Under the pieces are notes generated by a model that did not search any database, was not told the DNA's origin, and worked only from the letters and a program-made list of their open reading frames with translations. A stretch of 64,000 bases of DNA. Origin: Alkalispirochaeta sp. (GTDB taxonomy: Bacteria; Spirochaetota; Spirochaetia; DSM-27196; Alkalispirochaetaceae). Every line of letters starts with the position of its first letter. Position 1 is the first letter of the stretch. Below, in pieces: positions 59,605-64,000 of the stretch. A program made the translations under genes and the position numbers. The stretch spans positions 352,001-416,000 of the forward strand of contig CBDESZ010000025.1 of assembly GCA_965242725.1 (NCBI GenBank), in the 5' to 3' direction.

Positions 59605-60699
59605 TCACCCCTCCTCATATACCCGACTGCCGTCGGAACTGTCAAAAAAGAGGAGTCCCTCCCGGGGAATGACCGCCGTTACGGTCGCTTCCGCGTCCCT
59701 GAGATCGGACCTGTCCGAAACGTACTCCGTAACGGTCAACGTCGTGTCGTGAGCCATACGAACGCGGTACGTCACGTCGGCGCCGAGAAAGAGCGTCTTT
59801 TCCACGGCGCCGCGGAAGGCAACGACGTGGCTGCCGGGAGCTTCTCCGGGGGCGAGGATACGAACGTCCTCGGGGCGAAAGGCAACTCTGAGGCTGTCCG
59901 GGTCCTTTCCTCCGGGAAGGGTGAGGGTTTCCCGGGAAGACGACTCCAGCGCGGCGGTGAACTCCTCCCCGGTATACACATTCATGTTGCCGACGAAGGT
60001 TGCGACAAACTCGTTGACAGGCTCGCGGTAAATCTCCCAGGGCGTGCCGATCTGCTGAACCTTTCCAAAGTTCATGACCGCGATGCGGTCCGAGATGACC
60101 AGCGCCTCTTCCTGATCGTGGGTGACGTACACGGCGGTGATGCCGAGCTGACGCTGAATGTCCAGAATATCTTCCCGCATCTGTATGCGCAGTTTCGCAT
60201 CCAGATTTGACAACGGTTCGTCAAGCAGAAGGAGCCGGGGTTCTATAACCATTGCCCGGGCAAGGCCGACGCGCTGCTGCTGCCCCCCCGACAGTTGATC
60301 GGGAGTCCTGCTTTCGTATCCCGTGAGCTGTACCGTTGCGAGGGCGCGGGCAACGCGTCCGGTGATTTCCGCCGCCGGTACCTTCCGGTTTTTCAGACCG
60401 AACGCGACGTTTTCCGCCACCGTCATGTGGGGAAAGACGGCGTAGTTCTGGAAAACCATGCCGATGTCCCGTTGATGGGCCGGGACCTTGTCTATCACGG
60501 CCTCTCCGACGTGAATATGACCGGCATCCTGCTGATAGAAGCCGGCTATCGTCCGTAACAGCGTCGTTTTGCCGCATCCGCTCGGACCGAGGAGGGTAAA
60601 AAACTCACCTTCCGTCACCTCTATGGAGACATCATCAAGGGCGACGACGCCGGGAAAGGTCTTGCGAATGTTCTCTATACGAATCGGTTTTGCAGCCAT
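59605..60699 (-). CDS. ABC transporter ATP-binding protein (FbpC/PotA family)
   Basis: GPSGCGKT, LSGGQQQR, LLDEPLSNLD, VTHDQEEA; TOBE-like C-terminus. Confidence 0.95.
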   Translation of the reverse strand: MAAKPIRIENIRKTFPGVVALDDVSIEVTEGEFFTLLGPSGCGKTTLLRTIAGFYQQDAGHIHVGEAVIDKVPAHQRDIGMVFQNYAVFPHMTVAENVAFGLKNRKVPAAEITGRVARALATVQLTGYESRTPDQLSGGQQQRVGLARAMVIEPRLLLLDEPLSNLDAKLRIQMREDILDIQRQLGITAVYVTHDQEEALVISDRIAVMNFGKVQQIGTPWEIYREPVNEFVATFVGNMNVYTGEEFTAALESSSRETLTLPGGKDPDSLRVAFRPEDVRILAPGEAPGSHVVAFRGAVEKTLFLGADVTYRVRMAHDTTLTVTEYVSDRSDLRDAEATVTAVIPREGLLFFDSSDGSRVYEEG

Positions 60700-60797
60700 G
60701 AAACCTCACAAACGTGTGGAATTGTCTCGCATGCCGCGTTACGGCACCGGGAACAACAAAAATATACGGCCGACGCCGTCCATTTTCGTAACAGGTT

Positions 60798-60831
60798 GGC
60801 CCACCGCCCTCGATTGGAGGAGCGGTGGGCC
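60798..60831. repeat. Strong GC hairpin between the binding-protein and ATPase genes
   Basis: GGCCCACCGC(60798-807) and GCGGTGGGCC(60822-831) form a perfect 10-bp inverted repeat, extended by CCTC/GAGG. Confidence 0.8.
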
Positions 60832-60875
60832 GCATGTAGACGAGTACGATTCCCGTCTTTACCGCGGGACGAGCT

Positions 60876-61886
60876 CTACAGGCCAAGCTCCATCATGTAT
60901 TCACGGAACTGTTCAATGAATGCATTCCGGTTGGACGCGGACCATCCGAAGTCGTATTCAATCGTGTTGATTTCGCTCATCGGCGGCAGTCCTGACGGAG
61001 CGGACGCGTCTTTGCGGACGGGGCGCCGTCCCATTTCACCGACCAGAAAGTTCTGGACCCGTGCGGAAAGGGCCCAGTCCACAAATGTGCGGGCGCCTTC
61101 CGGATTGGGAGCGCCCTTGATGACTGCGATTCCGTCGGGTGCCGCGATTGCGCCGTCCTCGGGATAGACGATCGCAACGGGACCTCCCCCGAGGACAAAG
61201 CGCTGGGCGTTGTCTTCCAGGGTGATTCCAACGGGAACCTCACCGTCATTCACGTAGCGCGGCACCGCTCCTGAGCTTGAAGAGATAAAGAAGTTCTCCA
61301 TCATGGACCGATATACATTCCAGCCTTCCTGGCCGTCGCCGTAAATTGCGAGGACATTGGCGAGCTGCATGTATGACGATCCGGACTGGTCCGCCCGGGC
61401 GGTGGCGACGCCGCTCAATTGATCCGAGGCGAGCTCGCGCCACGTCCGTGGATACTGGTCGGGATTCAGCATCTCGGTATTGACGATGAAGACATTCATA
61501 ATGCCGGTGTAGGGAAGCCAGTTTGTTCCCACCTTGTATACGTCCTCAATCATGTCCCAGTCGGCGGGCTCGTACGCTTCAAGAAGATCACTGTTCTGCT
61601 CAAGGGGTTCTCCGCCGATGCTCCAGATGACGTCCGCCTGTGGATTGGCCGATTCCGCCTTGACGCGGCTTATCACATCTCCGGAACCCATTTTAATAAC
61701 TTCAAGTTCGATGTCGGGATAGTCTTCCTCCCACAGTCGAACCATGCCGGCGATGATCGTATCTTCGTGAGCGGTGTAAGCCACCACTTTTCCCGTACGC
61801 TCGGCGCTTCCCGTGGCAAACGCCGTTGCCGCTCCGAGGACCATCACGACAATGAGGATAATCGCGATTTTTCCGTTCCTGCTCAT
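60876..61886 (-). CDS. ABC substrate-binding protein (AfuA/FbpA family)
   Basis: Signal peptide; GSGDVISRVKAESANPQADV, SGSSY, YPEDG, GAPNPEGARTFVDW. Confidence 0.9.
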   Translation of the reverse strand: MSRNGKIAIILIVVMVLGAATAFATGSAERTGKVVAYTAHEDTIIAGMVRLWEEDYPDIELEVIKMGSGDVISRVKAESANPQADVIWSIGGEPLEQNSDLLEAYEPADWDMIEDVYKVGTNWLPYTGIMNVFIVNTEMLNPDQYPRTWRELASDQLSGVATARADQSGSSYMQLANVLAIYGDGQEGWNVYRSMMENFFISSSSGAVPRYVNDGEVPVGITLEDNAQRFVLGGGPVAIVYPEDGAIAAPDGIAVIKGAPNPEGARTFVDWALSARVQNFLVGEMGRRPVRKDASAPSGLPPMSEINTIEYDFGWSASNRNAFIEQFREYMMELGL

Positions 61887-61947
61887 TTCTGCCTCCTTAC
61901 GAGTAGTTAACTATCATCAGTATGGCCGGTCATTCGCTCCTCACCAA

Positions 61948-61976
61948 TCGAAAAATTTTACGAAAACCGGTACAAT
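61948..61976 (+). promoter_or_regulatory. Putative sigma70 promoter for the sensor kinase (leaderless geometry)
   Basis: TCGAAA-N17-TACAAT-N6-GTG(61983). Confidence 0.6.
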
Positions 61977-61982
61977 TTTCCG

Positions 61983-63656
61983 GTGGGGTTCAGGAAACCT
62001 TCGGTAACACCAATTTTCTATCGGCTCCTCGTCTCCTACTCCCTTATCAGCGTCCTGCCTCTGGCGGTTGTCTGGTTCATGACCGTCGTATGGGGAAACA
62101 ACCTCATCGCCCGTTACCTGCGCTCCGCCCAGGAGCAATCCCTCCTGAACGCGGCGGAAACGACGGATCACGCAATCGATCGATTTCTGGGCATTACTTC
62201 AGATCTGGCCCGGAGTCCCTATGTCGTTTCGTCCATCGACGAGTCGGTCGATACCCTGAGTGCCGACCATGAACTTGAGCTGTACCGGGCACTATACTCC
62301 GCCATAGCCGACGACCTGGAGGTTGTGGATGTGCATCTCACCGACGCCCGATCACGACGATTCTTTTCCACAGGGGAATATCCCCGTCGCTATCGCCTCG
62401 ACGACTACCAGAACCGGCGCGATTTTGTCTTTCCCGGTGAAGGAACGAGAATCGTTCTCAATCCCCGTCCCGAGGAGCAGGGGGGAAGAATCGTCTTCAG
62501 TGTCTGGAGTGCCCTTCCTGGAGGGTATCTCATTCTGGACATACGAAACGAAGCGCTTCGCAGCGCCCTCGATGTACGCTCTTCGAGCCGCGTCTTTCTG
62601 GTGGACCGGCAAAACTTTCGCGCCTACAACCTTTCCCAGCCGACCGGTGAGTCGACCTTCGCCGCCGTACCGGAGCTTGGTATCGCCTTCAGCAGCGAGC
62701 GATACCGCCGGGCCGCACCGACGTTGCTGGTTCACCGGGTGGACATCGGGAGTTCGTCACTTTCGATGGTGATGACCACCGACCTTTCCACCTACTTTGA
62801 AACCCTCCGGGCCATACTGCGTGTGGCGGCGGTGATCCTTGTCGGAACGGCCCTGATTACCCTCGCCGTGTCCGGAACGATCAGCCGATCCATCAGTCGA
62901 CCGATTCACGATGTACTTCACGCAATGAGCAGTGACGGGCGGGGTCCGCAGCCCCTTGACGAGCATGCGGACCGACAAAAGAGCGGAGAGCTGCACGAGC
63001 TGATTGTTCACTATAACCTGATGGTCCACACGATTCAGGATCTCTTTCAGAAGGTGCGTGAAGAGGAAAAAGCGCAGCGAATCGCCGAACGACGCGCCCT
63101 TGAGGCACAGATTCAGCCCCATTTTCTCTACAATACCCTTGGGTCGATCAAGTCCATGGCAAAGCTGGGTGACGTGGCGGCGGTAACATCAATGGTCACC
63201 GACCTGGGTAAGATGCTCAGATTTCTCCTCTCCGACGACCAGTCGGTGGTGACTCTGGGGGAGAGCCTGGAACAGGTGAAGCGATACCTCAACATCCAGG
63301 CGATCCGGTTTCAGGAGCGGATGAAGCTTGAGTTTCGCATCGATCCGGCGTCGCTGGACATTGAGATTCCAAAACTGCTCGTGCAACCGCTCGTGGAAAA
63401 CGCCGTCCAGCACGGGGTGGAAGTGAGTACATCGCCCGTCGATATCCGTATTGCAACGCGCCGGCTCGATGGTCACCTGACGATAGAGGTTGAAGATACC
63501 GGCGAAGGAGTGGAAGAGACGACTGATCTCGACCATCCCGGCATCGGGCTTCAGAACGTGCGGGAACGCCTCCGTTCATTCTACGGCGAAGAGGCGACCT
63601 TTGAGTTGACGCGACAGAACGGCGTCACTACGGCGCGGATGAGGATACGTATGTGA
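61983..63656 (+). CDS. YesM/LytS-type sensor histidine kinase
   Basis: Two TMs, HAMP-like region, AQIQPHFLYNTL, QPLVENAVQHG, DTGEG, GIGLQNVRERL. Confidence 0.93.
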   Translation: MGFRKPSVTPIFYRLLVSYSLISVLPLAVVWFMTVVWGNNLIARYLRSAQEQSLLNAAETTDHAIDRFLGITSDLARSPYVVSSIDESVDTLSADHELELYRALYSAIADDLEVVDVHLTDARSRRFFSTGEYPRRYRLDDYQNRRDFVFPGEGTRIVLNPRPEEQGGRIVFSVWSALPGGYLILDIRNEALRSALDVRSSSRVFLVDRQNFRAYNLSQPTGESTFAAVPELGIAFSSERYRRAAPTLLVHRVDIGSSSLSMVMTTDLSTYFETLRAILRVAAVILVGTALITLAVSGTISRSISRPIHDVLHAMSSDGRGPQPLDEHADRQKSGELHELIVHYNLMVHTIQDLFQKVREEEKAQRIAERRALEAQIQPHFLYNTLGSIKSMAKLGDVAAVTSMVTDLGKMLRFLLSDDQSVVTLGESLEQVKRYLNIQAIRFQERMKLEFRIDPASLDIEIPKLLVQPLVENAVQHGVEVSTSPVDIRIATRRLDGHLTIEVEDTGEGVEETTDLDHPGIGLQNVRERLRSFYGEEATFELTRQNGVTTARMRIRM

Positions 63657-64000
63657 AGCGAGTCATTGTGGTTGAAGATGAGCGAACCCTGTTGCGCGAG
63701 CTGGTAGAGACGTTTCCCTGGGACAGCGTCGGCTGCACCGTCGCGGCAACTGCGGGCACCGTCGACGAAGGACGGCATCTTCTCAAAGGCATGGACGTGG
63801 ACATACTGATTACGGACATTAAACTTCCCGACGGCAACGGACTTGAACTGATTGAAGAGGGAGCGGTTCAGGCTGCTATCGTCATCACGGGGTATCACGA
63901 AATCGAACTTGCCCAGCAGGCGTTGCGGGTTGGCGCGATCGATTTCCTGCTTAAACCGCTTGATGATGAAGAATTGCGCCGTGCCCTGGAGCGGGCGGTC
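63653..64000 (+). CDS. YesN-type response regulator (3' end outside the window)
   Basis: GTGA overlap with the kinase; VIVVEDE, ITDIKLPDGNGLEL, ITGY, DFLLKP. Confidence 0.9.
   Translation, partial: MKRVIVVEDERTLLRELVETFPWDSVGCTVAATAGTVDEGRHLLKGMDVDILITDIKLPDGNGLELIEEGAVQAAIVITGYHEIELAQQALRVGAIDFLLKPLDDEELRRALERAV

Noticed and set aside
1..64000. CRISPR arrays, tRNA/rRNA genes, IS elements, dif site
   Set aside because: Intergenic gaps are short, and none showed spaced repeats, cloverleaf motifs, a transposase or a dif-like 28-mer on manual reading.

Overview
GC-rich window from a free-living spirochaete (Spirochaetaceae-like; inferred from FlbB, FlbD, spirochaete-type FlgE/FliY and gene order). 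1-5.5 kb: xerD (cut by the window edge), TPR lipoprotein, dprA, xerC, hslV, hslU. 5.5-33.6 kb: a large flagellar cluster (flgBC-fliEFGHIJ-flbB-fliK-flgDE-flbD-motAB-fliLMY-fliOPQR-flhBAFG-hyp-fliA-fapA-hyp-hyp) behind a sigma28-type promoter. It runs on, through overlapping reading frames, into a trio of divergent genes: Hsp70-like, J-domain/HEAT, and a CheA-like protein lacking the phospho-His. 37.5-54.5 kb: Maf-family gene, class B PBP, LysM/M23 peptidase, secA, a lipoprotein, nnr and small metabolic or housekeeping genes. 54.5-64 kb: AfuABC/FbpABC-type ABC transporter, NagB/PIG-L fusion, HAD phosphatase and inositol monophosphatase, divergent from a YesMN-type two-component system. Main oddities: a +1 frameshift in a C7 tract at the start of motB; Ser instead of Cys at FlgE position 178; a membrane protein ending in a FliF-like C-terminal motif; repeated leaderless promoter geometry; and a candidate sigma28-driven small RNA. 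No rRNA, tRNA, CRISPR array or IS element was recognised. All calls come from reading the sequence and recalled family motifs; no searches were run.
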